NCBI GenBank assembly: GCA_945862145.1
Contig: CAMAXE010000027.1
Span: forward strand, 1,330-65,329
Length of the DNA: 64,000 bases
Direction of reading: 5' to 3'
Origin: Klebsiella pneumoniae
Lineage (GTDB): Bacteria > Pseudomonadota > Gammaproteobacteria > Pseudomonadales > UBA5518
Shown here: in pieces, positions 20,895 to 33,444 of the stretch
Layout: every line of letters begins with the position of its first letter
Position numbering within the stretch: the stretch's first letter is position 1
Translations under genes and position numbers: made by a program
Notes under the pieces: model-generated
Databases searched by the model: none
Told to the model about the DNA's origin: nothing
Seen by the model: only the letters and a program-made list of their open reading frames with translations

Positions 20895-22265
20895 ATGACC
20901 GAGCCTCGCAAGGTATTCACGGCCGCTGATGCGCGCGCGATCGTCGAGGCACGAGGCCTCAGCCACGTGAAGGTGGGTGCCTTCGACATCGACGGCATCC
21001 TGCGCGGCAAGTACATGTCGGCCGCGAAATTTCTCTCCTCGCTCGAGTCCGGCTTCGGCTTCTGTGACGTGGTGCTCGGCTGGGACAGCAAGGACCAGCT
21101 CTACGACAACGTGCAACTCACGGGCTGGCACACGGGCTACCCCGACACCGAGGCGCGCATCGTGCCCGAGTCCTGCCGCGCGCTGCCCTGGGAAGACCCG
21201 GTGCTGTTCTTCTTGGCGGAATTCGCGGGCCCTGCGGCCGCCGTATGCCCGCGCACGCTGTTACGTCGCGTGCTGGACCGCGCTGCGGGCATGGGCTACG
21301 AGGTCTTCTCCGGCTTCGAGTACGAGTTCTTCGTGTTCGAAGAAACGCCTGATTCCGTCCGCGACAAGCACTACCGCAACCTGAAGCCCATCGCACCGGA
21401 CATGTTCGGCTACTCCGTGATCCGCAACAGCGTGTGGAGCGATCTCTACCGCGATCTCCTTGCCAACTGCGAAGCCATGGACCTGCCGATCGAAGGCCTT
21501 CACGAGGAGACCGGACCGGGCGTGCTCGAAGTGGCAATCGCCGTCGATACCGCCCTCGCCGCCGCCGACAAGGCCGCGCTCTTCAAGACCTTTGCCAAGG
21601 TGATCGCGCAGCGTCGCGGCCTGATGGCCACATTCATGGCCAAGTGGTCCAAGGACTATCCCGGACAGAGCGGGCACATCCACATATCGCTGCGCGACGC
21701 TGCGGGCAAACCGGTTTTCCATGACGCCGACAAAGCGCACGGCATGAGCGACGCCATGCGCTGGTTCGTGGGCGGACAGCAAAAACTGATGCCCGAACTG
21801 CTCGCGATGATCTCGCCGACGGTGAACTCCTACACGCGGCTCATCCCCGGGTTCTGGGCGCCCACCGATGCCACCTGGTCGGTGGACAACCGCACCTGCG
21901 CGCTGCGCGTGATCAGCGGCAGCGCCAAGGCGCAGCGCGTGGAATATCGGGTGGCCGCGGCCGATGCCAACCCCTATCTCGCGCTCGCAGCGGCGGTGGC
22001 CTCGGGCCTGTGGGGCATCGAGAACCGCATCGAGCCCAACGCGCCGGTGAAGGGCAACAGTTACGCGGTCAAGCACCCGAAACGTCTCGCTCTGCCACGG
22101 ACACTCTGGGACTCGGCCCAGCGCCTGCGCGCCTCGGGCATGGCGCGCGACTGGTTCGGCGCAGCCTTCGTGGAGCACTTCGCCGCGTCCCGCGAATGGG
22201 AGGAGCGCGAGTACCGTCGTCACATCAGCGACTGGGAGCTCGCACGCTACTTCGAGATCATCTGA
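20895..22265 (+). CDS. Glutamine synthetase-like protein (gamma-glutamyl-amine ligase type)
   Basis: DIDGILRGK, FEYEFF, HEETGPGVLE, TFMAKW, SGHIHIS, DNRT, RVEYR..AADANPYL, WELARYFE; start placed at ATG 20895. Confidence 0.9.
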   Translation: MTEPRKVFTAADARAIVEARGLSHVKVGAFDIDGILRGKYMSAAKFLSSLESGFGFCDVVLGWDSKDQLYDNVQLTGWHTGYPDTEARIVPESCRALPWEDPVLFFLAEFAGPAAAVCPRTLLRRVLDRAAGMGYEVFSGFEYEFFVFEETPDSVRDKHYRNLKPIAPDMFGYSVIRNSVWSDLYRDLLANCEAMDLPIEGLHEETGPGVLEVAIAVDTALAAADKAALFKTFAKVIAQRRGLMATFMAKWSKDYPGQSGHIHISLRDAAGKPVFHDADKAHGMSDAMRWFVGGQQKLMPELLAMISPTVNSYTRLIPGFWAPTDATWSVDNRTCALRVISGSAKAQRVEYRVAAADANPYLALAAAVASGLWGIENRIEPNAPVKGNSYAVKHPKRLALPRTLWDSAQRLRASGMARDWFGAAFVEHFAASREWEEREYRRHISDWELARYFEII

Positions 22266-22336
22266 GATTGCGGGCCTGGCGCAGCATCAGTCCGGCCGAC
22301 GACGGCTGCGACACCCCCACTGTAGTGGCGGCACAC

Positions 22337-22442
22337 GCCGTGCCCTTCCCACATCATGTCTGCCAGCATGAGGCAACCCGTGACACTGTGTTCACAACGT
22401 CAAGGGGTAAGGCCCCGCCGAGTGTGATGCCAAGGGCACGGC
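22337..22442. ncRNA. Candidate structured RNA or inverted-repeat element (unassigned)
   Basis: Perfect 11-bp terminal inverted repeat GCCGTGCCCTT (22337-22347) / AAGGGCACGGC (22432-22442), continued by CATCA/TGATG and enclosing three short hairpins; no known family recognised. Confidence 0.35.
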
Positions 22443-22527
22443 CGGCAAAAGGCCCTAGCCAGGGCTGTGCGTGGCCAGGGTGCCCGCCTAGAATCACAAG
22501 ACAATCCTAGACGACGTCCCCTCCTAC

Positions 22528-22743
22528 ATGACCTCGCACAATGATCTCGGCTCGCAAATCCAGCACCTCGAATCACGGTTCGCCTGGCAGGACGACACCA
22601 TTGATCAGTTGAATGCCGTCATCCGCGAACAGTGGGGCTTGATCGACCGCCTGAGCCAGCGGCTCGACGCGCTGGAAGAGCGGGTGCGGGAGTTGGAGGT
22701 AGACGAGGGTGGGCCGCCGGTCACCCCACCGCCGCATTACTGA
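22528..22743 (+). CDS. slyX: SlyX family protein
   Basis: LESRFAWQDDTIDQLN coiled coil ending in PPPHY; -10-like TAGAAT at 22489-22494. Confidence 0.92.
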   Translation: MTSHNDLGSQIQHLESRFAWQDDTIDQLNAVIREQWGLIDRLSQRLDALEERVRELEVDEGGPPVTPPPHY

Positions 22744-22770
22744 GCCACGGAGCTCAGCGTGACGCGAGTA

Positions 22771-23046
22771 TCAGTCCTCGCTCTTGCAGCGAATCACGAG
22801 AACGAGATCCGCGTCCGGGTCGCGCAGCATGCGCACGCCTGCCGGGCGCACCTCGTCGAACCCGGCGGAGCCGCAGAGATCGCCCGCCCGCTTGGCACAG
22901 GCGAGATCGTTGTCGCCGCAATTGATGCTGTAACCCTCGGTGCCGTCCTGAAGGTACAGGGTCTCCACCTGCGGACGATGCGCCCGGTACGCGGTGCAGC
23001 CTCCAAGCAGGACTAGCGAAAGCGGCAACAGCCATCTGCGGGGCAT
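22771..23046 (-). CDS. Small hypothetical lipoprotein with four further Cys
   Basis: MPRRWLLPLSLVLLGG/C lipobox; mature part YSINC..NDLACAKRAGDLC...LVIRCK. Confidence 0.75.
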   Translation of the reverse strand: MPRRWLLPLSLVLLGGCTAYRAHRPQVETLYLQDGTEGYSINCGDNDLACAKRAGDLCGSAGFDEVRPAGVRMLRDPDADLVLVIRCKSED

Positions 23047-23149
23047 CGGGTGCATCCTTTCAACATGAGGAACAATCGGCATTCAAGCACGCAGGCCACG
23101 GCTGTTCAATCCAACAGAGCGGCTAGACTAGCAGTCAGGAGGACTCACT

Positions 23150-25201
23150 ATGCGCCACAGGCTGTTTGCTTTCTCATTGCTTGCGACCGGAACCTTCGCT
23201 CTCCCCGCGGCAATCGCGGCGGACGCTCCGCTGGCTCGCCTGCCCTACACGCCAAGCCTGGACCGCAGCGCCATGGACACGGCAGCCGCACCCTGCGAGG
23301 ACTTCTACCAGTACGTCTGTGGCGGCTGGATGCAACGCAACCCGATCCCCGCAGACCAGGCGAGCTGGAGCGTCTACGGCAAACTCGCCACCGAGAACCA
23401 GCGCTTCCTGTGGGGCTTGCTGGAACAGGCGAGCCAACCAACCGCCACGCGCAGCACCGCAGAAGGCAAAATCGGCGACTATTTCTCCGCCTGCATGAAC
23501 GAGTCGGCGATCGAGCAGGCCGGTGCAGATCCCCTTGCGCCCGAACTGGCCGCGATCGACGCCCTCCGATCGTCGGCGGATCTCGCCCGTTATCTGGGGC
23601 GTACGCATCCGGGCATTCCGGGAGATGGCCTCGTATTCGGTTTCGGATCGAACATGGACTTCGAGGACTCGAGCCGCGTGATCGCCTTTGCAGGCGCCGG
23701 CGGGCTCGGGCTTCCTGAGCGCGATTACTACACCCGGACCGACACCAAGTCCGTGGAAATCCGGCGGCAATACCACTCGCATGTGCAGCGCATGCTGCAG
23801 CTCACGGGACAGGACGCGACAGTCGCAGCACGGGGCGCGGAGGCCGTGATGGCGCTGGAGACGGATCTCGCCAAGGCATCGCTCACACCCGTTGAGAAGC
23901 GCGACCCCTACAAGCTGCTGCACCGTATGACCCGGGCCGAACTCCAGTCGCTCACACCGGCCTTTGACTGGAACGCCTATCTTGCCGGCATGGGCCTCAA
24001 CGCGGTCGACGAAATCAACGTGATGGAGCCCGCGTTCTACCGCGAGCTCGACCGGCTGATCCGCCAGCGGGCTCTCGCCGACTGGCAGAGTTATCTGCGC
24101 TGGCAGCTCACCAATGCGCGCGCACCCGGACTCTCAAGCGCGTTCGTCGCGGCGGACTTCGACTTCTACCGTCGTACCCTGCGCGGCGTTCCCACCGATA
24201 TGCCCCGTTGGAAAAAATGCGTGCGCGGCGTGGACCGCGATCTCGGCGAGGCGCTCGGACAGGTCTTCGTGGCACGGACTTTTTCGGCTGACACGCGGGC
24301 CCGGACGGTGGAGATGACGCACCGCATCGAGGTGGCCATGGAGCAGGAGATCAACGCGCTGCCGTGGATGAGCGCGGAAACCAAGGCGCGCGCGCTGGAG
24401 AAACTCCACACCATCGTGAACAAGGTGGGCTACCCCGACACTTGGCGCGACTACTCAGCGCTTGAAGTGAAACCCGGGGATTTCGCCGGCAATCTGCGCC
24501 GCGCCGCAGTTTTCGAGTCGCGGCGTCAGTTGGCCAAAATCGGCAAGCCCGTGGACCGCGGTGAGTGGGGCATGACACCTCCCACCGTCAACGCCTACTA
24601 CAACCCGCAGATGAACGACATCAACTTTCCTGCCGGCGTGCTGCAACCGCCACTCTACGACCCCGCGATGGACGACGCTCCCAACTACGGCAACACAGGA
24701 TCGACCATCGGCCACGAACTCACGCACGGCTTCGACGACGAGGGGCGGCAGTTCGACGCCCGCGGCAACCTGAAGGACTGGTGGAAAAAAGCCGATGCGC
24801 AGGGCTTCGACGAACGCCTGCAATGCGTGCAGGAACAGTATGCAGAGTACGTGGTGGTCGACGACATCCGCATCAACAGCAAGCTCACCTCCGGTGAGGA
24901 CGTGGCCGATCTCGGCGGCACCCTGCTTGCGTATATCGCCTGGCAGGCCGCCACGAGCGAGATGAAACTCGCACCCATCGAGGGCTTCTCGCCGGAGCAA
25001 CGGTTCTTCATCGGCCTCGGACAGTGGGCCTGCGAGAACGACCGCCCCGAAAACCTGCGGGTAAGTGCGTCAACCGACCCCCACTCGCCGGGGCGTTTCC
25101 GGATCAACGGCGTGGTCGCAAACATGCCCGAGTTCCAGAAAGCCTTTGCCTGCAAGGCCGGCCAGCCGATGGTGCGCGAAAAACCCTGCCGCATATGGTG
25201 A
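23150..25201 (+). CDS. M13 family zinc metallopeptidase (neprilysin/PepO-like), secreted
   Basis: Signal peptide; PCEDFYQYVCGGW, VNAYY, HELTHGFDD, GEDVADLGG, DPHSP; AGGAGG RBS. Confidence 0.96.
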   Translation: MRHRLFAFSLLATGTFALPAAIAADAPLARLPYTPSLDRSAMDTAAAPCEDFYQYVCGGWMQRNPIPADQASWSVYGKLATENQRFLWGLLEQASQPTATRSTAEGKIGDYFSACMNESAIEQAGADPLAPELAAIDALRSSADLARYLGRTHPGIPGDGLVFGFGSNMDFEDSSRVIAFAGAGGLGLPERDYYTRTDTKSVEIRRQYHSHVQRMLQLTGQDATVAARGAEAVMALETDLAKASLTPVEKRDPYKLLHRMTRAELQSLTPAFDWNAYLAGMGLNAVDEINVMEPAFYRELDRLIRQRALADWQSYLRWQLTNARAPGLSSAFVAADFDFYRRTLRGVPTDMPRWKKCVRGVDRDLGEALGQVFVARTFSADTRARTVEMTHRIEVAMEQEINALPWMSAETKARALEKLHTIVNKVGYPDTWRDYSALEVKPGDFAGNLRRAAVFESRRQLAKIGKPVDRGEWGMTPPTVNAYYNPQMNDINFPAGVLQPPLYDPAMDDAPNYGNTGSTIGHELTHGFDDEGRQFDARGNLKDWWKKADAQGFDERLQCVQEQYAEYVVVDDIRINSKLTSGEDVADLGGTLLAYIAWQAATSEMKLAPIEGFSPEQRFFIGLGQWACENDRPENLRVSASTDPHSPGRFRINGVVANMPEFQKAFACKAGQPMVREKPCRIW

Positions 25202-25218
25202 GGGTGCTTGGCGCGCCC

Positions 25219-27228
<2,010 letters not shown>

Positions 27229-27275
27229 GGGGAAAGCCCTCGGCGTATCCGCGTGGTCTCGTGACGGGTAAGCGC

Positions 27276-28883
27276 TTACATCCGGAACACGCCGAAGCGT
27301 GTCTCCGGGATGGGGGCGTTGAGCGAGGCGGAAATGGCAAGGCCCAGCACATCGCGGGTTTCCGCCGGATCGATCACGCCGTCATCCCACAGCCGGGCGG
27401 AGGCGTAGTAGGGGTGGCCCTGGCGCTCGTAGCTGTCGATGACGGGTTGCTTGAAAGCGGCTTCCTCGTCGGCGCTCCAGTCTGTGCCCTCGCGCTCTTT
27501 CTGGTCGCGCTTCACCTGCGCCAGCACGGCGGCTGCCTGCTCGCCGCCCATCACCGACACGCGCGCATTCGGCCACATGAAGAGAAACCGCGGGTCGTAG
27601 GCACGGCCGCACATGCCGTAATTGCCGGCGCCGAAGGAGCCGCCGATCAGCACCGTGAATTTCGGCACCGCAGCGCAGGCGACAGCCGTGACCATCTTGG
27701 CGCCGTGGCGTGCGATGCCGCCCGCCTCGTACTGCTTGCCCACCATGAAGCCCGTGATGTTCTGCAGGAAAACCAGCGGAATGCCGCGCTGCGCGCAGAG
27801 CTCTATGAAGTGCGCACCCTTCTGCGCCGATTCGCTGAACAGGATGCCGTTGTTGGCAACGATGCCCACCGGATAACCCCAGATGCGTGCGAAACCGCAG
27901 ACCAGTGTGGTGCCGTACAGGGCCTTGAATTCATCGAAACCCGAGCCATCTGCCACGCGCGCGATCACCTCGCGCACGTCGTAGGGCTTGCGCTTGTCAC
28001 GGGGGATCACGCCGTAGATCTCCGCCGGATCGCAGGCCGGCGGCTCCGGCAGCGCGAGGTCCAGACCGATACGCTTGACGCGATTAAGGCGCGCCACCGC
28101 ACGCCGCGCGAGTTCCAGCGCATGGCGGTCGTTCTGCGCGTAATGATCGGCCACGCCTGAGGTGCGACAGTGCACATCGGCGCCACCCAGTTCTTCGGCG
28201 CTCACGATCTCGCCGGTGGCGGCACGCACCAGCGGCGGACCGCCGAGAAAAATAGTGCCCTGCTCGCGCACGATGATCGCCTCGTCGGCCATGGCCGGCA
28301 CGTAGGCACCGCCCGCGGTGCAGGAGCCCATCACCACCGCGATCTGCGGGATGTTGCGCGCCGACATATTCGCCTGGTTGAAGAAAATGCGTCCGAAGTG
28401 CTCGCGATCCGGAAACACCTCGTCCTGTCGCGGCAGGTTCGCGCCGCCGGAGTCAACCAAGTAGACGCAGGGCAGGTTGTTCTCGGCGGCTATCGCCTGG
28501 GCGCGCAGGTGTTTCTTCACGGTGAGCGGATAGTAACTGCCGCCCTTCACCGTGGCGTCGTTGGCGAGCACCATGCACTCCTGCCCGCTCACGCGCCCGA
28601 TACCGGTGACGATGCCTGCCGCCGGCACGTGCTCGCCGTAGACGTCCATGGCCGCTAGCGCCGAGAGCTCAAGGAAGGGCGAGCCCGGATCGAGCAGCGC
28701 ATCGATGCGATCGCGCGCCAGCAGCTTGCCGCGCCCCGTGTGCAGGGCGCGCGCCTTCTCGCTGCCGCCAGCGCGCACCGCCGCCAGCGTATCGCGCAGG
28801 TGCATCACCTGCGCTTGCAGATGCGCGCGGTTCTCCTCGAACTCGGTGCTACGGGTATTCAGTGCGCTGTCGATGCGGTTCAT
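27276..28883 (-). CDS. liuB: 3-methylcrotonyl-CoA carboxylase beta subunit
   Basis: [54 protein letters not shown] end. Confidence 0.96.
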   Translation of the reverse strand: MNRIDSALNTRSTEFEENRAHLQAQVMHLRDTLAAVRAGGSEKARALHTGRGKLLARDRIDALLDPGSPFLELSALAAMDVYGEHVPAAGIVTGIGRVSGQECMVLANDATVKGGSYYPLTVKKHLRAQAIAAENNLPCVYLVDSGGANLPRQDEVFPDREHFGRIFFNQANMSARNIPQIAVVMGSCTAGGAYVPAMADEAIIVREQGTIFLGGPPLVRAATGEIVSAEELGGADVHCRTSGVADHYAQNDRHALELARRAVARLNRVKRIGLDLALPEPPACDPAEIYGVIPRDKRKPYDVREVIARVADGSGFDEFKALYGTTLVCGFARIWGYPVGIVANNGILFSESAQKGAHFIELCAQRGIPLVFLQNITGFMVGKQYEAGGIARHGAKMVTAVACAAVPKFTVLIGGSFGAGNYGMCGRAYDPRFLFMWPNARVSVMGGEQAAAVLAQVKRDQKEREGTDWSADEEAAFKQPVIDSYERQGHPYYASARLWDDGVIDPAETRDVLGLAISASLNAPIPETRFGVFRM

Positions 28884-28898
28884 CCAGGTCTCCCGCGC

Positions 28899-30068
28899 TC
28901 AGCGCGTCTCGTTGAAGAGTTCACGACCGATCAGCATGCGGCGGATTTCGGAGGTGCCCGCACCAATCTCGTAGAGCTTGGCATCGCGCAACAGCCGACC
29001 CGTGGGGTAGTCGTTGATGTAGCCGTTGCCGCCGAGAAGCTGGATCGCATCGAGCGCCATCTTGGTGGCTGCCTCGGCGGTGTAGAGAATCACGGCGGCG
29101 GCGTCCTTGCGCGTGGACTCGCCGCGATCACAGGCGCGCGCCACGGTGTAGAGGTAGGCCCGGCTCGCGTTAAGCACGGCATAGGCATCGGCGAGCTTGC
29201 CCTGCACCAACTGAAACTCGCCGATCGACTGGCCGAACTGCCGGCGCTCGTGCACATAGGGCAGCATCACATCCAGACAGGCCTGCATGATTCCCACCGG
29301 CCCGCCGGAGAGCACAACGCGCTCGTAGTCGAGGCCCGACATCAGCACGCCCACGCCGCAGCCCTCGCCACCGATCACGTTATCTGCCGGGACCTCGCAC
29401 TCCTGGAACACCAGCTCGCAGGTGTTGGAGCCACGCATCCCGAGCTTGTCGAGTTTCTGCGCGCGGGAAAAGCCAGGGAAATCGCGCTCCACGATGAACG
29501 CCGTGATGCCCTTGGAGCCGGCGTGCACGTCGGTCTTGGCGTAGATCACGTAGACGTGGGCATCCGGCCCGTTGGTGATCCACATCTTGTTGCCGTTCAG
29601 CACATAGCGGTCACCGCGACGATCGGCGCGCAGCCGCATGCTGACCACATCTGAGCCCGCGCCGGACTCGCTCATGGCGAGCGCGCCGATATGCTCGCCG
29701 CTCAGGAGTTTCGGCAGGTAGCGCGCTTTCTGCTCCGCGCTGCCCATGCGGTGGATCTGGTTCACGCAGAGGTTGGAGTGCGCACCGTAGGAGAGCCCCA
29801 CCGAGGCAGACGCCCGCGATATCTCCTCCATTGCCACCGCGTGCGCGAGATAGCCCATGGAGCTGCCGCCGTAGTGCTCGTCGACGGTGATGCCGAGCAG
29901 CCCCAGATCCCCGAGCCGGCGCCAGAGGTCCATCGGGAACTGGTTGTCACGATCAATCGAGGCCGCGCGCGGAGCGATCTCGGCCTGCGCGAAGGCGTGC
30001 ACCGTGTCGCGCAGCATGTTGATGTCTTCACCCAGACCGAAGTCGAGGTTCCGGTAGATCGTGCTCAT
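28899..30068 (-). CDS. liuA: Isovaleryl-CoA dehydrogenase
   Basis: [46 protein letters not shown]. Confidence 0.96.
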   Translation of the reverse strand: MSTIYRNLDFGLGEDINMLRDTVHAFAQAEIAPRAASIDRDNQFPMDLWRRLGDLGLLGITVDEHYGGSSMGYLAHAVAMEEISRASASVGLSYGAHSNLCVNQIHRMGSAEQKARYLPKLLSGEHIGALAMSESGAGSDVVSMRLRADRRGDRYVLNGNKMWITNGPDAHVYVIYAKTDVHAGSKGITAFIVERDFPGFSRAQKLDKLGMRGSNTCELVFQECEVPADNVIGGEGCGVGVLMSGLDYERVVLSGGPVGIMQACLDVMLPYVHERRQFGQSIGEFQLVQGKLADAYAVLNASRAYLYTVARACDRGESTRKDAAAVILYTAEAATKMALDAIQLLGGNGYINDYPTGRLLRDAKLYEIGAGTSEIRRMLIGRELFNETR

Positions 30069-30487
30069 CGGACACTCCTTTTGCGTGTACTGGCGGCAGG
30101 GCGAACGGCCCGGGCCTGCTGTTGTTCGAGTGCCGCCAGGCAGCCGACCTCGGCGTCCTCGAGTTCGCGCAGCATCGCGTCGAGGTCGCGGCGTCGCGCG
30201 AGCAGGGCATCGCGTTGCTCGCGCAGGCGCGCGAGCAGACGCTCGAGCTGCGGACGGTTGCCCGCGGCGGGGTCGTACATCTGGATGATCTGGCGGCTCT
30301 CTTCCAGCGAGAACCCGAGGCGCTTGCCCCGCAGGATGAGCTTCAGCCGCGTGAAATCGGCCGGGGAATACACGCGCGTCTGGCCACGGCGTTCAGGACT
30401 GAGGAGACCGATCTCCTCGTAATGACGGATCGTCCGGGCGGTGACGCCGAACTCTCGCGTGAGATCGCGGATACCAAAACTGCCCAT
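30065..30487 (-). CDS. liuR: MerR-family regulator LiuR
   Basis: [34 protein letters not shown]...[14 protein letters not shown]; first gene of the liu operon; start ATG 30487. Confidence 0.93.
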   Translation of the reverse strand: MGSFGIRDLTREFGVTARTIRHYEEIGLLSPERRGQTRVYSPADFTRLKLILRGKRLGFSLEESRQIIQMYDPAAGNRPQLERLLARLREQRDALLARRRDLDAMLRELEDAEVGCLAALEQQQARAVRPAASTRKRSVR

Positions 30488-30530
30488 CGCCGCCCGCCAG
30501 TGAGTCGACCTGCACTGACCATAGTTCAAA

Positions 30531-30554
30531 GTTTACGTTAACGTCAACGTAAAG
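30531..30554. promoter_or_regulatory. LiuR operator (two overlapping boxes) over the liuR promoter
   Basis: GTTTACGTTAACGTCAAC (30531-30548) and GTTAACGTCAACGTAAAG (30537-30554) resemble the TTTACGTwwACGTAAA LiuR palindrome; the minus strand has TTGACG-N18-TATGGT. Confidence 0.85.
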
Positions 30555-30555
30555 C

Positions 30556-31251
30556 TCAGGCCTGCCAACCGAGTGCCTCGCGCACGAAGGGGATGCTGAG
30601 CCGCCGGCCGGCTTCGAGCGAGCGGGCATCGAGCTGATCGAGCACCGCGAGCAGCGCGCCCATGCTGCGCGGTGCGCGCGCCAGAATGTAGCTTGCGACC
30701 TCAGGGTCCAGCGTGATTCCCCGACCGCGTGCACGCAGCACGAGGGCGGCGAGCATGGCCTCGTCATCGGGCAGTGCGAGCGGCAACACCAGCAGCGCCT
30801 GCAGGCGCGAGCGCAGATCGGGCAGGGTCACGGCAAGCAGCGAGGGCGGCAGCCGCGCGGCCACCAGCAGGGAGCCCTGCCGCTCCATCACGCCGTTGTA
30901 GAGGTGAAACAGCGCTTCCTCCCAGCCACGTGTTCCGAGCACGGCGTCGATATCGTCCAGGCAGAGCAGCGCGCAGGCCTCGAGCCCCGCGAGCACCTCG
31001 CCGGGGGGCGCCTCACGAAGCTCTGCGAGCGGCAAGTAAACAAAACTGCGCCCTGCGGATTCGGCCGCCTGCGCGCAGGCCTGCAGCAGGTGCGTGCGCC
31101 CCGAGCCCGCGGGCCCGTGGAGAAAAGCAGCAAGCGGGGGTTCGGCGAGTCCGCGCTGCAGTTCACTCACCGAGGCTGCCACACCGGCGTGGGCGAGAAA
31201 ACTGGCTAACGAGACGTCGTCATGCAGGCGGACCGCCAGCGGGATCTGCAT
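30556..31251 (-). CDS. hda: DnaA regulatory inactivator Hda
   Basis: N-terminal QIPL clamp motif, GPAGSGRTHLL, LDDID, EEALFHLYN, LPDLRSRL, IPFVRE. Confidence 0.94.
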   Translation of the reverse strand: MQIPLAVRLHDDVSLASFLAHAGVAASVSELQRGLAEPPLAAFLHGPAGSGRTHLLQACAQAAESAGRSFVYLPLAELREAPPGEVLAGLEACALLCLDDIDAVLGTRGWEEALFHLYNGVMERQGSLLVAARLPPSLLAVTLPDLRSRLQALLVLPLALPDDEAMLAALVLRARGRGITLDPEVASYILARAPRSMGALLAVLDQLDARSLEAGRRLSIPFVREALGWQA

Positions 31252-32372
31252 CAGCACTCCGGCCCGGTATCCCCGGGAGCCCCAGCGGAGGGCGCTGTGT
31301 CCGGGCGCGGGCGCTCGAGGCCGTAGACGCTGCTCTGGCGGTAACGGTCATGCAGGTGGCGCAACACCACCATGATCATGGCCGAGACCGGCAGCGCGAG
31401 CAGGACGCCCGTGAAACCAAAAAGCTGGCCGCCGGCCATCACGGCGAAAATCACCGCCACCGGATGCAGCCCGATGCGATCACCGACCAGCTTGGGTGTC
31501 AGGTACATCCCCTCGAGCATCTGCGCGGCCACGAACACGGCCGCCACCCACAGCAGCACATGCCAGTCACCGAACTGCAGCAGCGCCGCCGCCGAGGCCG
31601 CCGCAATGCCGAGCACCAGCCCGAGGTAGGGGACGATGCTGGCAAGCCCCGCGATCATGCCGATCAGCAGCGCAAGATCCAGCCCGAGCAACATCAACCC
31701 CGTGGTGTAACAGGCACCCAGCGCCAGCATCACCAGGAACTGTCCGCGCAGAAAGGCGCTCACTACCTCGTTACATTCGCGCGCAAGCCCGGAGACGGTG
31801 GGCTCCCACGGGCGTGGCAACGTCTCGCGGACCCAGCGCACCATGTGGTCCCAGTCGCGGAGCAGGTAAAAAGTCACCACCGGTATGAGCACCATATTGG
31901 CGAGCCAGCCGAGCACCGCCAGCGAGGACGAGGTGGCCGACACCAGCAGTCCCTGCGCCATGCCACCGGCGCTCTGCCAGTTGGCGACCAGCGCCTCCCT
32001 GATGCGCTCTAACGGTAGGTCGGCCTCGGAAATCTGGAACTCGCTCTTCAGCCACGGCAACAGGGCCGTGCGGAACCACTCCACGGCAACCGGCACCTTG
32101 CCGGCGACCACGTGCATCTGGCGACCGAGCAGGGGCACCAGCACCAGCAACAGCACCAGCAGCACGAGACCCGACACCAGAAACACCGCACATACGCCCA
32201 GTGTGCGCGAGAGACCCAGCCTCTCCAGGCGATCGACCACCGGATCCCAGAGGTAGGCAAGCAGCAGCGCGACCAGAAAGGGCATCAGGATCGGTGACAG
32301 GAAGTGCAGCAGCACGCCGGATGCCAGCAGCGTTCCGATGAGTGTCAGACGGCGCAGACCGCTATCGTCCAT
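31251..32372 (-). CDS. AI-2E family transporter (PerM-like)
   Basis: PKLVGDRIGLHPVAVIFAVMAGGQLFGFTGVLLALP; conserved position upstream of hda; AGGAG before ATG 32372. Confidence 0.92.
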   Translation of the reverse strand: MDDSGLRRLTLIGTLLASGVLLHFLSPILMPFLVALLLAYLWDPVVDRLERLGLSRTLGVCAVFLVSGLVLLVLLLVLVPLLGRQMHVVAGKVPVAVEWFRTALLPWLKSEFQISEADLPLERIREALVANWQSAGGMAQGLLVSATSSSLAVLGWLANMVLIPVVTFYLLRDWDHMVRWVRETLPRPWEPTVSGLARECNEVVSAFLRGQFLVMLALGACYTTGLMLLGLDLALLIGMIAGLASIVPYLGLVLGIAAASAAALLQFGDWHVLLWVAAVFVAAQMLEGMYLTPKLVGDRIGLHPVAVIFAVMAGGQLFGFTGVLLALPVSAMIMVVLRHLHDRYRQSSVYGLERPRPDTAPSAGAPGDTGPEC

Positions 32373-32382
32373 GGCAAGGCTC

Positions 32383-33444
32383 CTATTGCGCGGCCCAGCG
32401 ATAGCGACGCTCGGCGGGCTCACCCTCCAGGCGCAACTGCGGCACCAGGGCGAGCTCCTGCAGCACGCTGTCGATCCCGCTGTCTGTGAGCAAGTCGAAG
32501 TACACCGTGTCGCGCTCGATCAGACCCGGAAGCGCCTGCCGTACGGAGCCGAGCTTCCCCAGTTGATCGGCCAGCGCGCGGTAGATCGCGAGCGAGGCGA
32601 TATTGTCAATGCGGATGCGCAGCTGCTCGGCATTCTCCAGCCCCGAGCGCACCGCGAAGTGCGCGGAAAGCGACTCCGCCACGGCGTCCACCAGCTGCCC
32701 GGACAAGGCGGCGAGACTGGGAGCCCTGCCCTGCCCGTATACGATCTCCTCGCCGATACGCTGCCTCCATTCTCCCACCCATTCGCCGGTGCCGCTGCGC
32801 ACGAAGCGGGCCACCACCAGATTGCCCGCCGCGTAGCGCGCGGAGGCCTGCAGCAGCCCGGCGTCGTCCAACGACGCGACCCGCTCCACCGGCACAGCCG
32901 CCCGCTCCTCGAGATCCAGCGACGGCAAGCGCAGCGGCACCGCGCGCGCCGCCGCGTGATAGTCGAGCCAACCCACTGCCGCCGCATCGCCATCACGGCT
33001 CGCGAGCCGCGGGCCACTGCCATCATCGAGGGCGAGCCACACGAGGGATGCCGGCCGGTTGGCCGAGAGCCGCGGCTCGCCGGCCCGGCGCAGGAGGTCG
33101 TCGATGGCGGCAGGCTGGAAGCTGGCATGAAGATGCAGTTCGGTGAGCGCCGCACCGGTCTCGTCGGGCGGCAGGGATGCGCTGCGAAAGTAGAACTGCA
33201 CGACGCGTGAGGAAGCGCCACGGACCGCCTCTGCGAGTTGCGGATTCTCCAGCACACGTTGCGAACCCGAAGCCTTGACCAGCACCGCCTGCAAGGCCCG
33301 GCGGATGCCGGCATCCCGCTCGCTGTTGTCTTGCGAGGCAACGGCGACGTCTGCCTCGTAGAGGCTCGCGGCACGGGCGGTCCCACCGGGCAGGGTGAAG
33401 AGCAGGGCCCACAGGAGGGCTGGAAGGAGCAAGAATCGCCGCAT
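32383..33444 (-). CDS. DUF2066-domain exported protein
   Basis: Signal peptide; LYEADVAV, LQAVLVKASG, NRPASLVWLA, LPSLDLEE; conserved position next to purM and perM-hda. Confidence 0.85.
   Translation of the reverse strand: MRRFLLLPALLWALLFTLPGGTARAASLYEADVAVASQDNSERDAGIRRALQAVLVKASGSQRVLENPQLAEAVRGASSRVVQFYFRSASLPPDETGAALTELHLHASFQPAAIDDLLRRAGEPRLSANRPASLVWLALDDGSGPRLASRDGDAAAVGWLDYHAAARAVPLRLPSLDLEERAAVPVERVASLDDAGLLQASARYAAGNLVVARFVRSGTGEWVGEWRQRIGEEIVYGQGRAPSLAALSGQLVDAVAESLSAHFAVRSGLENAEQLRIRIDNIASLAIYRALADQLGKLGSVRQALPGLIERDTVYFDLLTDSGIDSVLQELALVPQLRLEGEPAERRYRWAAQ

Noticed and set aside
22337-22442. Retron msr-msd, Y RNA, tRNA or known riboswitch identity for the structured region
   Set aside because: No reverse transcriptase or Ro/Rsr gene nearby, no GTTCRA T-loop, and no recognisable aptamer consensus; kept only as an unassigned structure.
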